From contig OZ001293.3 of NCBI GenBank assembly GCA_963921275.4, positions 3,008,001 to 3,072,000 of the forward strand: DNA of 64,000 nt, in the 5' to 3' direction. A program made the position numbers and the translations under genes. The DNA is from an uncultured Hormoscilla sp. (GTDB lineage Bacteria; Cyanobacteriota; Cyanobacteriia; Cyanobacteriales; Desertifilaceae). This document shows, piece by piece, positions 34,885-47,241 of the stretch. The notes beneath the pieces are model-generated. The model ran no database searches. It was not told the origin of the DNA and saw only the letters and a list, made by a program, of their open reading frames with translations. Numbering within the stretch: the first letter of the stretch is position 1; each line of letters begins with the position of its first letter.

Positions 34885-36337
34885 TTAGGGTTCGGGCGGC
34901 TGTAGCTTGTTAACGATCGGATTTCCCAGGATAATAATCAGCGCCGAAAGAGCGACGATCGGGACAACTGGAAGAAAACCAAAGGTCAAGCTTGGCGGAA
35001 GCAGACCCAATTGAAAGCCCAGCAGAACCAGTTCTCCCGCTACAATGGAGATGATACAACTCAGGGGGTGAATGTTTTTGCCATATAAGGCAGCAATTAC
35101 CGTCGGGAATAGTACCGATAATCCCGTAAAGGCTTGGGTGGCGAAGCCCAAGATTGAAGCTGGCGGTTTGTAGGCGAGGATCAAACCAATGATGGCTGCT
35201 AAAACAATCAGCACTCGGCCTACAAGGGTTTGTTCTTTGAGGGAAGCATTTTTCCGGAAGTAAGAGATGTAAATATCCCGCGTCAGCATTGAACTGATCG
35301 CCAACAACTGGGAATCCATTGTTGACATAAATGCTGCCAAGGCCCCCCACCATCACAAAGGAACTCAGCCATATGGGAGCATATTTTTCCAGCATCATGG
35401 GCAAAATTTGATCGGCCTCTTTTCCTACCAGATCCGGAAAAGCTATATGCCCCCACATCCCAATCATCACCGGGCAAATAAATAAGATTGTGACAATTGG
35501 ATATAATACTGTAGAAACTTTTAGGGAATTGGCATTTTTAGCTGCATAAAACCGCATGAACATTTGCGGTAACATCATCAGGGCCAAGTTCCAGAGAATA
35601 ATATAGCTAAACAACTTTTTCGGAGTGAAAAAGTTATCTACCCCCTGTCGAGAGAAAAGTTCTGGGGAAATCTCGTAGACATTGCTGTTAGCTGTAGCAA
35701 AACCTCCAAGGCCATGGGCGATCGCTACCAGGGCGGCGATCATGAGTACAAACATTAACACTCCTTGCCAGATATCGGTTAAAGCGACGCTTTTCATCCC
35801 GCCCACGCAGACATAGAAAACAATAATCAATGTCAAAAGCGTCGCCCCCAAAAAGTAGGGAATTTGTCCGTTAGTCAAGGTTGATAGCAGATACCCTGCC
35901 CCGATCGGCTGTAAAGTTAAATAAGGCAGGGTAAAAATTACCATCACCGCCATCACCAGCAATTTCAGGGCTTTGCTATGAAAGCAAACATCAATCAATT
36001 CTGGGGGAGTTATTAATCCTTTTTTCTTGCCATACTGCCAGACTTTGTAGCCGATATAATAGAAACCCAGTGCTGCTAAGCCCGTGTCAAAGGCCATCAT
36101 CGGGTAATAACTCAGGCCGATGCGATAGCCAGATCCGGCAAATCCCAGAAAAAAGAAGGCGCTGAAATTGGTGGCACTCAGGGTGAAAAAAAGGACGATC
36201 GGGTTAATTTTGCGATCGGCTAGGAAATATCCTTCAACGGTATTCTGTTCCTTTTGATAACCCGCCAGTCCTACCCACAGCGTCCCTAACAAATATATGG
36301 CGATCGCCAGATAGGGCATCAGGTACTCTATTGACAT
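34885..36337 (-). pseudogene. Sodium:solute symporter family protein; frameshift near 35340
   Basis: YFLADR, GGMKSVALTD, PQMFMRFYAA, then AAFMSTMDSQLL in another frame. Confidence 0.85.
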
Positions 36338-36549
36338 CAGTCGTTCTCCTCCGTCTTCCAAAATTGCAGCGTAAATATCAGCATAGCAAGAGTCAGGACA
36401 ATTTGCAAGCCGACCAAATATAAGAACCAGGTGGGCAGATTTAAGAATGACAAGGAAATGTCTTGTCCCCCAGACCAAGAATTAAGGGAAAGAAGCCCGA
36501 TCGCCGTAAAGCAGAAAAACCAGAATGATGAAGATTGAAAAACTTTCAT
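36337..36549 (-). CDS. Small two-TM membrane protein (DUF3311-like SSS partner)
   Basis: Two hydrophobic segments; the stop overlaps the symporter start. Confidence 0.55.
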   Translation of the reverse strand: MKVFQSSSFWFFCFTAIGLLSLNSWSGGQDISLSFLNLPTWFLYLVGLQIVLTLAMLIFTLQFWKTEEND

Positions 36550-36591
36550 AATGATATCCAAAGGAGGAGGTGGGCGGTGCCTACGCAGATA

Positions 36592-38961
36592 TTACCATTG
36601 GGGCATTTTGGCAAGCAAGGCGCTAGCAGCGATGCTATCGGTAGGCTTAGAAAAGAAATAGCCCTGGCCATATTCGCATTTTAATTCTCTCAGCTGACTT
36701 AGCTGTTGTGCTACTTCCACTCCTTCGGCGACAATATCCATACCTAAGTTGTGGGCCAGAGAAACGATCGTTCGCACGATCTCGGCGTTCTCCCGATCGA
36801 GGTGCATGGGACCCACAAAGGACTTGTCAATCTTTAAGGTATGTATTGGCAATTTGTGTAGGCGACTCAGAGAAGAGTAGCCCGTACCAAAGTCATCAAT
36901 ACTCAGTCCTATTCCCAAGGATTTTATCTTTTCCAAGGTGCCGATTATCAATTCATCATTTTCCACGATCGCGCTTTCAGTGATTTCCAGCCTCAGGCTG
37001 TGCCGATTGCACTTGGTCTGGCGCAATATCTGATTCAACCGCCAGATCAAATCTGCTTGATAAAACTGCTTTGTGGAAAGATTCATACTCATAGTTAATG
37101 GCGTCGAAAAGCGCTGTTGCCAATGGGCCAACTGCGTGCAAGCTTCTCGCAATACCCACCAACTCAAAGGAATAATCAACCCCGTCTCCTCTGCTATGGG
37201 GATAAACTGGGCTGGAGAAATTAAACCCCGACTGGGATGCTGCCAGCGTACTAGAGCCTCGAAGCCTGTAATTTGACCCGTCTTTAGGGACACAATGGGC
37301 TGATAATGAAGTAGTAATTGCTGCTGCTCAATTGCCTGTCGCAAGTCGTTCTCTAGGCGCAGGCGTGAGACACAGACATCGTGCATCTTTTGGTCGAACA
37401 CTACGGCCTTTGCGCCACCCTCTGCCTTGGCACGATACATGGCAATATCGGCATTCCGCAGCAATTTTTGTGACAGTTCTGAGTACATCTTTCCGGATAA
37501 ATCCAGGTTCCATCCAGATTGGGACATCTCGGACGAGACACCCAGAACTATACCAATGCTAGCAGTGGTGAATACTTCCTGCCCCTCAATCCGTAGGGGA
37601 ACGCTCAATTCCTTCTGGATTAATTCCGCTACCTCGATCGCCATCTCTTGATTGGCATTCTCTAGCAGGATCGCAAACTCATCTCCTCCTACTCGGGCCA
37701 CCATATCTTCTGGGTTGAGATAGAAATTCAAGCGCTTGGCAATGGCAATCAGCAGTTGGTCCCCTGCCAAGTGTCCCAGACTGTCATTAATCAGTTTGAA
37801 GCGATCCAGGTCCAAAAACAGCAGCGCTAGCTGATATCCTGGTTCCTGTTGGAGTCGCGTAGCTGCTGCCCACAGCTGTTTCCTCAACAATTCTCGGTTG
37901 GCCAACCCTGTCAGTCCATCGTGAAATGCTTGATAATATAATTGATCCTCTGCTTTCTTGCGATCGGTTATGTCCCGCTGAATGGCCAGATAGTGAGTTA
38001 CCTCCCCCTTACTATCGTAAATTGGCTCTATGTGCCACCCGTTGTAAAATGCTGTCCCATCTTTGCGGTAGTTGATCGTTTCTCCATAGAACACTCGTCC
38101 TGCTGATAAATCTTGCCGCAGTCTATCCAACACTTTCGGGTCTGTCTCTGGGCCTTGCAGCATCCGGGGCGTCTTCCCGATCGCCTCTTGAGCAGTATAG
38201 CCCGTCATCCGGGTGAAGGCGGGATTGACGAATACAATTTCGGGACCGGGTGACTTGAGGTTAGTGTTTGTAATCAGGATCGAATCTTGAGCATTGTGAA
38301 CTGCTGAGGCCAATAGTCGCAGTTCTTCCTGGGAACGGTGCTGCTCGATCGCCTGGGACAGGATCTTGGCGATCGCCTCCAGGAATTGTAGGTCATAATC
38401 GGTAAATTTTTGCCTTTGTCTGCTGCAAGCTAATAATACCCCAAAAGGCTGTGGCTGTTCCGTCCTGGGAATCACCACCCCCGCACAACTGACGAACCCT
38501 TGACTTAGCAATTCTTGCTCTGCTGCACCGGGCATCTGCCACAAGTCTGAGATCGCCACTGGCTTGTTCAACTGAAGAATATAGTCGGCCATCTGAGCTT
38601 CTCCAGATCCCAAAGGTAACAGACAAAAATCATATTCTTTTTCTTTCTCTGTAGCAGTTTCTCTTTCCCTTCCTACTATATTTGGATATTTCCGGCCTAC
38701 ACTGCTACGTACTTCCCACAGCTGAGAGTCCCGTTCTAGCACCTTTACCAAAGATACCTTTAGGGTCTCCATCACCATATCTGCCCCTTCCGACAGCAGC
38801 GTTGCCAGGGGTATTCTACTCAATGCCCGCCCTGATAGCTGTGCGATCGCTGTCTGTCTCACTAGCTGTCCTTGCAGAGACCCGATCGCCCTTTCGTCCG
38901 ACTGTAGCACCCCGTCACAGCCCGTTCTCTGTGTTTCTCTCTCGAGCGTCTCTTTTGTCAA
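36592..38961 (-). CDS. GAF-PAS-GGDEF-EAL c-di-GMP enzyme
   Basis: PAS (NPAFTRMTGY, NYRKDG), GGDEF, FEALVRW and DDFGTGYSSL motifs. Confidence 0.93.
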   Translation of the reverse strand: MTKETLERETQRTGCDGVLQSDERAIGSLQGQLVRQTAIAQLSGRALSRIPLATLLSEGADMVMETLKVSLVKVLERDSQLWEVRSSVGRKYPNIVGRERETATEKEKEYDFCLLPLGSGEAQMADYILQLNKPVAISDLWQMPGAAEQELLSQGFVSCAGVVIPRTEQPQPFGVLLACSRQRQKFTDYDLQFLEAIAKILSQAIEQHRSQEELRLLASAVHNAQDSILITNTNLKSPGPEIVFVNPAFTRMTGYTAQEAIGKTPRMLQGPETDPKVLDRLRQDLSAGRVFYGETINYRKDGTAFYNGWHIEPIYDSKGEVTHYLAIQRDITDRKKAEDQLYYQAFHDGLTGLANRELLRKQLWAAATRLQQEPGYQLALLFLDLDRFKLINDSLGHLAGDQLLIAIAKRLNFYLNPEDMVARVGGDEFAILLENANQEMAIEVAELIQKELSVPLRIEGQEVFTTASIGIVLGVSSEMSQSGWNLDLSGKMYSELSQKLLRNADIAMYRAKAEGGAKAVVFDQKMHDVCVSRLRLENDLRQAIEQQQLLLHYQPIVSLKTGQITGFEALVRWQHPSRGLISPAQFIPIAEETGLIIPLSWWVLREACTQLAHWQQRFSTPLTMSMNLSTKQFYQADLIWRLNQILRQTKCNRHSLRLEITESAIVENDELIIGTLEKIKSLGIGLSIDDFGTGYSSLSRLHKLPIHTLKIDKSFVGPMHLDRENAEIVRTIVSLAHNLGMDIVAEGVEVAQQLSQLRELKCEYGQGYFFSKPTDSIAASALLAKMPQW

Positions 38962-39209
38962 TTATTCTGCCTTACCAGGCTTGATGCCTGTCCTCACATT
39001 CCAGAATTCTTAAGATAATCTCAAGACTATGTTACTAAATGTAAAGCTACATGACAATCATCTGCTCATCTCCTCTGGGAGTTCTATGGACAGCTTTAAG
39101 TATATATACTGATTAGAAGGTATGAACCCACCGTTCCGGAAAAATCGGAGATGACTCTAAAAAGTGGTGCTAAGATTTAAGTTAACTGGCATCTATATAA
39201 AATCGAGTC

Positions 39210-39590
39210 GTGAATTCAATAACTCAAAGGGAACGGGATTTTTCTCCCAGCAGCAAAGCACCACATCCCAAAGCTGATGCCGAACATTCTGTATTGGTTT
39301 GTCAGTACCGGTCTTGTAAAAAAAACGGTTCGGCAGCAGTGCTAGCAAAGTTTAAGTCTTTGGCAATAGAGGGAGTGGATGTGGCCGAGAGTGGCTGCCA
39401 GGGACAATGTAGCACGGGCCCAACGGTGCGGGTGCTGCCTACCGTTCCGGAAAAATCGGAAACCTGGTATTGCCGAGTTCGGCCCCAAGACGTGCCAGAG
39501 GTGATAGAACAGCATTTACTCAATGGTAAACCCGTAGCCAGACTGCTGCATCCGAGATTTCATCTCTATGCTCAGTATTACAGTCCTTAG
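39210..39590 (+). CDS. Thioredoxin-like (2Fe-2S) ferredoxin
   Basis: VCQYRSC...[11 protein letters not shown]...WY..V. Confidence 0.85.
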   Translation: MNSITQRERDFSPSSKAPHPKADAEHSVLVCQYRSCKKNGSAAVLAKFKSLAIEGVDVAESGCQGQCSTGPTVRVLPTVPEKSETWYCRVRPQDVPEVIEQHLLNGKPVARLLHPRFHLYAQYYSP

Positions 39591-40417
39591 AGGACAAACT
39601 GGAGCAGCATGGAGGCTACCGATCCGATCGCATTCATAAAGCGCTGGCGTTTGGCTGCCCGGCGACTTTCTGCGATCGCTTCTTCGGTCTTGGCGACCAA
39701 CTCCTGGGAAATTTCGTAGCCCTGAGTATTCTGTTGAAGTTCAAACAGTTCGCTAGCTTTCTGCCAATCTGCTATGGCGTTGGGGGCATCTCCTAACTGG
39801 AGGCGACTAATGCCCCGACCTAGGTATGCTGGCGCAAATTCGGGATTGAGATCTAATGCTTGCTCGTAATTGGCGATCGCGCTTCTATGGTCTCCCAGCT
39901 GCACGTCTGCCACAGCCAATTTATAATGGTCTTCAGGCTGGAGGATACCCCTGGGAAGGGCAATTGTGCCGCGCCAAATCGCCCCCTCTAAAACAGCATC
40001 CTGTAAAATTGCATTTCCGAGAAAGGCATGACCGAGGTTGGCACCTGCGAGGTTAGCACCTGTAAAATTGGCATTGGCCAGGTTAGCGCGACTGAGGTTG
40101 GCACCCATGAGGTTAGCACCGCTGAGGTTGGCACCGCTAAGGTTGGCGTTAAAGAGAACTGCACCCGACAGGTCGGCATTGCTTAGGTTGGCACGGCTGA
40201 GATTTGCCCGATCCAGATTAGCTCCTGACAGGTCGGCACCAGCCAGATCGGCTTTGCGCAAGTTTGCCAAGTACAAACCTGCATTCGATAGGTCGCATCC
40301 GGGACAGGTTTTTGTACCTAGCAACTGGGTGAGTTCAACGAGATTTTCGGCGGCCACGGGGGCTGATAAGGCTATACTTGTCAACAATGTCGCCGCTGCT
40401 ATCATTTTCCTTTTCAT
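39587..40417 (-). CDS. Pentapeptide-repeat plus TPR protein with signal peptide
   Basis: A(D/N)LxG repeats followed by TPR helices. Confidence 0.9.
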   Translation of the reverse strand: MKRKMIAAATLLTSIALSAPVAAENLVELTQLLGTKTCPGCDLSNAGLYLANLRKADLAGADLSGANLDRANLSRANLSNADLSGAVLFNANLSGANLSGANLMGANLSRANLANANFTGANLAGANLGHAFLGNAILQDAVLEGAIWRGTIALPRGILQPEDHYKLAVADVQLGDHRSAIANYEQALDLNPEFAPAYLGRGISRLQLGDAPNAIADWQKASELFELQQNTQGYEISQELVAKTEEAIAESRRAAKRQRFMNAIGSVASMLLQFVL

Positions 40418-40855
40418 GAAATCTATACGCTAGTGTTGGGATCTTCTGATATCTTGCACTATTTTTTGAACTCTCTTCGCAGGAGGCCCGCCGGGGGTTT
40501 TAACCCACGCTATCAAAAGGGAGCGCTAATCGCACTACCCGGGGGATAGCGCCGTCTAATAGCTAAAGTCGGTTAAAACCGACTATAACATTTATAAAAA
40601 ATAATACCAATTTATTAAAGTTGTGATAGAGAAAAAACCTACCATCTCGTTCCCAGGTTCTACCTGGGAACGGTCTTCTGAGGCTCCCGCCTCCGATTTT
40701 TCCGGAACGGTGCGAATCCGTGCTACCGTAAAGTATATCATATCTTAAAAAAATGGTAGAATGCTACAAATGATCCTATGTAAGTCTTTTCCAGGGTGGC
40801 TTTCCCGTCGCGTTTTTTTTAATGGTATTACCATGATCCATGATCCACGATCCAT

Positions 40856-41776
40856 TTGCCAACTGTGACAGGTTTTCTCAACTTAAATAAACCAGCGGGT
40901 TTAACTTCTCATGACTGTGTCGCCCGGGTGCGGCGGTTGCTGCGCCTCAAGCGGGTGGGACATGCTGGCACTTTAGACCCGGCGGCCACTGGGGTTTTGC
41001 CGATCGCCCTCTCTAAGGCGACGCGACTATTACAGTTTCTCCCTCAAGATAAGGCTTATCATGCCACTATTCGCCTGGGAGTTACTACTACTACTGATGA
41101 TACCCAAGGGGAGGTTATTTCCTCTCAGGCCGCAGACCATGTAACCCTCGATACTGTGCGATCGGCCCTGGAGCAATTTCAGGGTAAGATTCAGCAGGTG
41201 CCTCCCAATTATAGCGCTATTCAGGTCCAGGGGAAACGCCTTTATGAAATGGCCCGGAGTGGCGAAAAGATTCAGGTTCAGGCCCGTTCTGTGGAGGTTT
41301 ATAATATAGATGTTTTGACTTGGCGCCCTGGGGATTTTCCCGAACTGGATCTGGCGATCGCCTGCGGTCCGGGCACCTATATTCGGGCGATCGCCCGGGA
41401 CTTGGGTGCTGCTTTGCTGGTTGGTGGCACCCTCGCTGCACTCGCTCGCACTCATAGCAGTGGCTTCAGTTTATCAGATAGCTTGACCTTTGAGGAGTTT
41501 GAATCTCAGCTGCAACAGCAGATCTTTACCCCCATATCCCCCGATGTCGCCCTGGCACAACTTGGGGCGATCGAACTCCGGGCCGACCGTCGCTGGTGTA
41601 ATGGTCAACGTTTAAGGGTAAAAAATGCAGCAGAAATTTATAATATATCTGATGCAGATGGCGATAAAATAGTGAGAGTAAAACATGAGGATGGACGTTT
41701 GTTGGGCATTGGCAAGCTGGGCAATGAAGATGATAATATCCTGTTAATTCCTCAAGTTGTGATTGAGCAGTTGTAA
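40856..41776 (+). CDS. truB: tRNA pseudouridine(55) synthase
   Basis: [30 protein letters not shown]. Confidence 0.96.
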   Translation: MPTVTGFLNLNKPAGLTSHDCVARVRRLLRLKRVGHAGTLDPAATGVLPIALSKATRLLQFLPQDKAYHATIRLGVTTTTDDTQGEVISSQAADHVTLDTVRSALEQFQGKIQQVPPNYSAIQVQGKRLYEMARSGEKIQVQARSVEVYNIDVLTWRPGDFPELDLAIACGPGTYIRAIARDLGAALLVGGTLAALARTHSSGFSLSDSLTFEEFESQLQQQIFTPISPDVALAQLGAIELRADRRWCNGQRLRVKNAAEIYNISDADGDKIVRVKHEDGRLLGIGKLGNEDDNILLIPQVVIEQL

Positions 41777-42702
41777 AACTACCACGCCCTCACCCGTTCC
41801 CAGGCGGAGCTGTGGGAACGAGGGGGCCGTGTCTCCTGGGTAGTGCGACTACATCGTATTCGCACTGATTAATGTGCTCTGCTCGCGCACTGCGCGGAGC
41901 ACATTAATCGCACATCGCGGAGACATCGATGGCTAGATTACAAAATTTAGATGCTCCTGCTCAGACCTCTTCTTTTTGTTCAATCTATAACTCCTGTTTA
42001 AGTTATTCTATAGTTTGAGGCTGAATTTTTCCTGAATTTGATTCGGGAGCATCTCAATGCATGTATTTGCGAAGATAAAATTGCTAATTGCGAAGGTAAA
42101 ATTGCTAATTGCGAATAGTCGGGCAATTCTCAATTTGGGTCTCCTGGGTTTTGGGTGATAAGTAAAGCTTGGCACTGGAGAGCGTCTAGTTAAATAGAAG
42201 CCCGAATGCCCGACACAGTCAGGGTTTGATCCGATGGGTTAAAAATACGTCAAGCCTTTGACTGGCAAGGGATTGAGCTAATGCATATTAATCGGGCGCT
42301 CATCAGTGCCTAATAGACAAAATGGAGGTTGGGTTTGAGGCACGGATACGGTTGGCGAATGTGCTACCAAGCATCTTACATTGAGTATTACTAATCGCCC
42401 AAGTAAAGATTTCTCGTTCTTGTAGCACGCTCTTATTCGTCTTTCGAGATGGATTTCGCCAACAGGATCGAGGCACGAAACCCAACCCAACTCGTAGCAT
42501 CAGCAGTAGGGTGTTTAGCGATCGCCTTAACTAAGTCGCGCTTATACGCTTGCTCGCCTGCTATGCTATGATAGTTTAGTACTAATCTAGTATTAGCGTC
42601 GTAGGCGATCAGTACCAGGCCTGTACCAGTGCTTTGGCATTGGGTAGAGATGTCCCGCCGCGCTGTGGCATGCTGGTAATATATTTTCGCCGTGCTGAAC
42701 TA

Positions 42703-43597
42703 GGGCGTGTCATCAGTTAGATTAACGATATGGGTCCCCACCAAAAATATATAACAAGATGATTGAGTTGACAACCAGGATATATTGGTGTGATCTAAGA
42801 GGGTAAAGGTTAGAGCAGGAGAATTTGAGAAATGCGTCGCTATGCTTTAAGAGATGACCAGTGGGAGAGAATCAGGGACCTATTGCCAGGTCGGGAGGGT
42901 TATGTGGGGGGGACAGCTAAGGATAACCGCTTATTTGTCTATGCTGTCTTGTATCGATATAGAGCTGGGATACCTTGGCGGGACTTACCCGAGCGATTTG
43001 GGGACTTGAGGGTAATTCATACGCGCCATAGTAGGTGGTCAAAATCCGGGGTATGGGAAAGAGTATTCAAGGTACTTGCGTCCGATGCCGATAACGAATA
43101 TGCGATGATTGATGCCACGATATAAAGGGCTCATCAACATAGTGCAGGTGCTCAAAAAAAAGATTGCGACCAAGCCATCGGACGCCGTAAAGGGGGTTTG
43201 AGTACCAAAATTCACGCGACCTGTGACGCATTGGGGAACCCAACGGGTTTTCATTTAACAGCCGGTCAAGCTCACGATTTGGAAGGGGCTGATGTGTTAC
43301 TTGATAATATTAAGGCTGATGCGTTACTCGCAGACAAAGCTTCTGATGCTGACGAACGGGTTTTGAAACGTCTTGAAGCCCAGCAATGCGAACCTGTGAT
43401 TCCGCCTAAATCCAATCGAAAAGAACAACGCCGTTATGACAAATATCTATACAAAGCACGTCATTTGATTGAGAATTTTTTTGCCAAACTCAAGCAATAT
43501 CGAGCCATTGCCACCCGTTACGATAAGAGGGCTCAGAATTTCTTGGGTGCTATCTACCTGGCTGCTACTGTTGTTTGGCTTAACTGATGACACGCCC
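42703..43597 (+). mobile_element. IS5-family insertion sequence (two-ORF type), probably inactive
   Basis: TIR GGGCGTGTCATCAGTTA at both ends in a CTAG/TA context. orfA has WRDLPERFG; orfB has ADKA and RHLIENFFAKLKQYRAIATRYDK. A-run slippery site at ~43154-43161, but a premature TAA at 43123 (DATI*RAHQH). Confidence 0.9.
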
Positions 43598-43754
43598 TAG
43601 CATAATTATACCATAATCGCTCATAATTGCCAGTCAAACTTGTCTAAACCGGGCTTCTGGGATTATGCTAGTTAACAAAATTTAACATACTGGACAAAAG
43701 GGAAAGAGTTAGAATAGCAGCAGACTTCCATTAGGTGAGATCCAGGAGTGTGAT

Positions 43755-44060
43755 TATGAATAGCAAATATAAATCATTGATGGCGGTACTAGCAGCAGGA
43801 GTGCTGGCAGTAATAGAGGTTTAGCACGCAGTAGATGGCGAGACTACTCCGGGGAGATCGCAGATGCAAATAAGGCGATATAAATTAAGCTAGACTATGC
43901 CGAAGCTTACCTATTACGTGGGGGGATATATGATTCATTAAAAGATCCACAAAAAGCGCTCGAAGATATACAGAAAGCTGCTATTCCGCGATCAAGGGAA
44001 GATGGCTGGCTGCCAACTAGCACAATAATTCCTCAGAGAGGTTCAGCAGCAGTGAAACAG
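43755..44060 (+). pseudogene. Degraded TPR protein
   Basis: Broken frame ..IADANKAI*IKLDYAEAYLLRG.IYDSLKDPQKALEDIQKAA. Confidence 0.45.
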
Positions 44061-44182
44061 GGACTGACTCCTGGGACGCCACGCGACAGAGGAAGAAGCA
44101 CGATCAGCTGCGGTAACTCAAACAGATCGAGCCAGGAATTTGATACCCTAGCAAAAATACTCTTGGGAATGGGACAATCAAG

Positions 44183-45346
44183 GTGGACATTCAAATTGGG
44201 CGGGGCAAAACGGCTCGTAGAGCTTACGGAATCGATGAAATAGCCTTAGTGCCAGGAACTCGGACCTTAGATCCGAAGTTGGCAGACACCAGCTGGCGCA
44301 TCGGTGGCATCAAGCGAGAAATTCCCATCATCGCCAGTGCGATGGATAGTGTAGTAGATGTGAAGATGGCAGTCTCCCTATCTCAGTTGGGGGCATTAGG
44401 CGTGCTGAACTTAGAAGGAATTTATACTCGCTACCCCGATCCAGCACCAGTGCTAGACAAGATCGCTTCTGTAGGAAAAACAGAGTTTGTCTCCCTGATG
44501 CAGCAGCTATATGCTGAACCAATTCAACCAGAACTAATACGAGCGCGGATTGGAGAAATTAAAAGTCAGCATGGAATAGCAGCAGTCAGTGCGACTCCAG
44601 TAGGAGCGAGCAAATATGGCTCAATAGTAGCAGAGGCGGGTGCAAATCTATTCTTCGTGCAAGCAACGGTAGTCTCAACGACCCACCTGTCGCCGGAGTC
44701 AGTTACACCCCTAGACTTGGTCAAACTTTGTCAGGAAATGCCAGTACCAGTGATTGTGGGCAACTGCGTCACCTATGAAGTCGCCCTGAATTTGATGAAA
44801 GCAGATGCAGCAGCGGTGCTGATCGGTATAGGGCCTGGTGCAACCTGTACCTCTCGCGGCGTACTGGGTGTGGGAGTCCCCCAAGCAACGGCGATCGCCG
44901 ACTGTGCTGCGGCCCGGGATAGCTATTACCAGGAAACCAGCAACTACATCCCAGTAATTGCCGATGGCGGATTAATTACCGGAGGTGACATCTGCAAATG
45001 CATAGCCTGCGGTGCTGACGGCGTCATGATCGGTTCACCCCTAGCCAGAGCCAAAGAAGCCCCCGGACGGGGTTATCATTGGGGCATGGCCACTCCCAGT
45101 CCCGTTTTACCTCGGGGCACGCGCATTAGCGTCGGCGCAACCGGTACCTTAGCAGAAATCCTCACTGGTCCAGCAAGACTGGATGACGGCACCCATAACC
45201 TCTTGGGGGCCTTAAAAACTAGCATGGGCACAGTGGGAGCGAAGAATATCAAAGAAATGCAGCAAGTAGAGGTAGTGATCGCACCCTCCTTGCTGACCGA
45301 AGGAAAAGTCTATCAAAAAGCCCAGCAGCTAGGCATGGGTAAATAG
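44183..45346 (+). CDS. guaB3: GuaB3-family IMP dehydrogenase-related protein
   Basis: [30 protein letters not shown]. Confidence 0.9.
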   Translation: MDIQIGRGKTARRAYGIDEIALVPGTRTLDPKLADTSWRIGGIKREIPIIASAMDSVVDVKMAVSLSQLGALGVLNLEGIYTRYPDPAPVLDKIASVGKTEFVSLMQQLYAEPIQPELIRARIGEIKSQHGIAAVSATPVGASKYGSIVAEAGANLFFVQATVVSTTHLSPESVTPLDLVKLCQEMPVPVIVGNCVTYEVALNLMKADAAAVLIGIGPGATCTSRGVLGVGVPQATAIADCAAARDSYYQETSNYIPVIADGGLITGGDICKCIACGADGVMIGSPLARAKEAPGRGYHWGMATPSPVLPRGTRISVGATGTLAEILTGPARLDDGTHNLLGALKTSMGTVGAKNIKEMQQVEVVIAPSLLTEGKVYQKAQQLGMGK

Positions 45347-45411
45347 ACTTACCGGCTGACCAGATTGACAGAATCGGGGGCAAAACTAAATCCGTAGTCT
45401 AACATGGAGAT

Positions 45412-45484
45412 AGCGGAGACGCATGTTTCCGTTCACTCCTCACACCACACTCCGTCTGAACTGCGGTTCGGGCGGTTCTTTCTT
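45412..45484 (+). ncRNA. yfr1: Yfr1 small RNA
   Basis: ACTCCTCACAC (45435-45445) between two hairpins ending in a U-tract, at the guaB-trxA position known for Yfr1. Confidence 0.9.
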
Positions 45485-45918
45485 TTCTAGGGGCGATCGG
45501 CTGCTTTCAGGGATCGGTGCTGATATAAACAAACCACTTTGCTAAAATATGCTAAAGTGGAAACATGACGATGGATAGAGGAGTCCCGCTCCAGCTATCG
45601 GCAGTCAAACTCCCACCGAATATATCATCTCTTTGTCTGGGGCAATAGATTGCGACTGCCCCCAACAAGGGGATAATGGTTGTGGAATCTACCGGTGACG
45701 GGAGAAGCCGGTTGGGGGCCTGATGTGCGATCGGGCCAGTAACCCTAGATGCCGCAAGCGCAAACAAAAGTCAAGAGTGCCATCAGACTCTTGACTTTTC
45801 CCGGTCGCACAGGTTAGAGTGAGAAAAAGCCTATTCTTAGGTTTTCACCAAGCCCCTTCGATCCAGGGAAATGTCAAGATAAACCTTATAAGTGCAAGAT
45901 AGGAAAGGATTGCCAGAA

Positions 45919-46257
45919 ATGTCAGCAACCACACAAGTTACAGACGGAAACTTTCAGGAAGAGGTACTAGACAGTGGAATTCCCGTTTTAGTAGATTTTT
46001 GGGCTCCTTGGTGCGGACCATGTCGGATGGTGTCACCTGTGGTAGATGAAATAGCAGAGCAGTACGACGGAAAGGTGAAGGTCGTTAAAGTTAATACAGA
46101 CGAGAATGCCAACATCGCTACCCAGTATGGGATCCGCAGTATTCCCACACTCATGATCTTTAAGGGTGGTCAACGAGTGGATATGGTAGTAGGTGCTGTG
46201 CCCAAGAGTACGCTGGCGGATACTTTGGAAAAGCATCTTAAAAAAGATGAGGAGTAG
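45919..46257 (+). CDS. trxA: Thioredoxin (m-type)
   Basis: [16 protein letters not shown]. Confidence 0.95.
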   Translation: MSATTQVTDGNFQEEVLDSGIPVLVDFWAPWCGPCRMVSPVVDEIAEQYDGKVKVVKVNTDENANIATQYGIRSIPTLMIFKGGQRVDMVVGAVPKSTLADTLEKHLKKDEE

Positions 46258-46399
46258 CTACCATCAGTTTGGTCGGGAAAGAGTGCTTCTAACTCGCCCA
46301 GTTGCGTAAGCGCCTTGAAGCTATACAGCGCATTCGAGGCGATTTTCGGCTCGGAACTGTCACAGAGTAAAATCATCATCTAATTCTCAGGAACTGGCA

Positions 46400-46600
46400 T
46401 CTCTCCAGGCGGATGTGGCCCAATTAATTAACTAGCTGCCTTCCTTACAGCATGGCAAATGGATCCAGCGGGCCCTAGTCACACTGGTGCAGATGGCTGG
46501 ATCCGAAATAGACCGGTTGGATTGGAAAATCCTGACAGCATCCATGCAAGAGCAGTGACTAAGTGCGCCGAAACTTACGCATCTCTCATATTCAGGCCAA
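46400..46600 (+). pseudogene. LOG-family protein N-terminal remnant
   Basis: ..EIDRLDWKILTASMQE.. in a broken frame; a matching C-terminal part lies at 48489-48863. Confidence 0.45.
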
Positions 46601-46699
46601 ATTTCAGTACGAGAGTCAGGAGATATAGGTAGCGAAAGTAATCTATTATTTCCGTGTTTATGCTAGACAAGGCGGGCACTTGAAGGGAGTAGAGTTTCA

Positions 46700-47240
46700 A
46701 AGTATGAAACTAACTAAACTAATGAGGTCAAGTAGAAGAGGAGCATAACTGCAGGGAAAGGAAAATCACGTCGTACCGGACGTCAAGAAAGCAGTGCCGC
46801 TTCCTCAAAAAAGAAATTGCGCATATTACTCTGGAGCAAACTGCCAACTACAACTGTCAGCTATAGGAGAGTCTCAAATTATTCCCAACGTAACGCTCTT
46901 GAGCGACAACTTGCACACCCTGTGTTTCTACTATGCAACAGCGGAGTTCATTTAAAAAATTGTCGAACGGCTTAATTTTAGACGGCGACAATTTTGAGCC
47001 ATTCCGGAACGAATTGTTATCCAGGATATCCAGCGGATTGTCATTACCCACACCAGATAACTCTACTGGTTCAGATGAGAACTGGTTGAGCACTTATGTC
47101 AACACAATGGGGTCTTCATCTTGGTTCTCAACTCGTGCGGTCTCAGTCCAAAGCATGAGCAAGTACCGGATATGCTGTCCATCGGAAGTTGCTTCAGTTA
47201 AGGGCTATACGGCACAGAGCAGTATCGAAAAGAAGAAATC
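46700..47240 (+). pseudogene. tnpA: IS607-family serine recombinase TnpA, degraded
   Basis: Broken frames: VSYRRVSNYSQRNALERQL...LNFRRRQF...IQRIVITH, directly upstream of TnpB. Confidence 0.65.
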
Positions 47241-47241
47241 C

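Noticed and set aside
41780..42700. Possible ncRNA or gene between truB and IS5
   Set aside because: Only MITE/IS ends, 21-bp tandem units and hairpins are visible; no supportable product.
46933..47241. Long N-terminal extension of TnpB
   Set aside because: It is an alternate-frame read-through of the decayed tnpA; ATG at 47242 is the better start.
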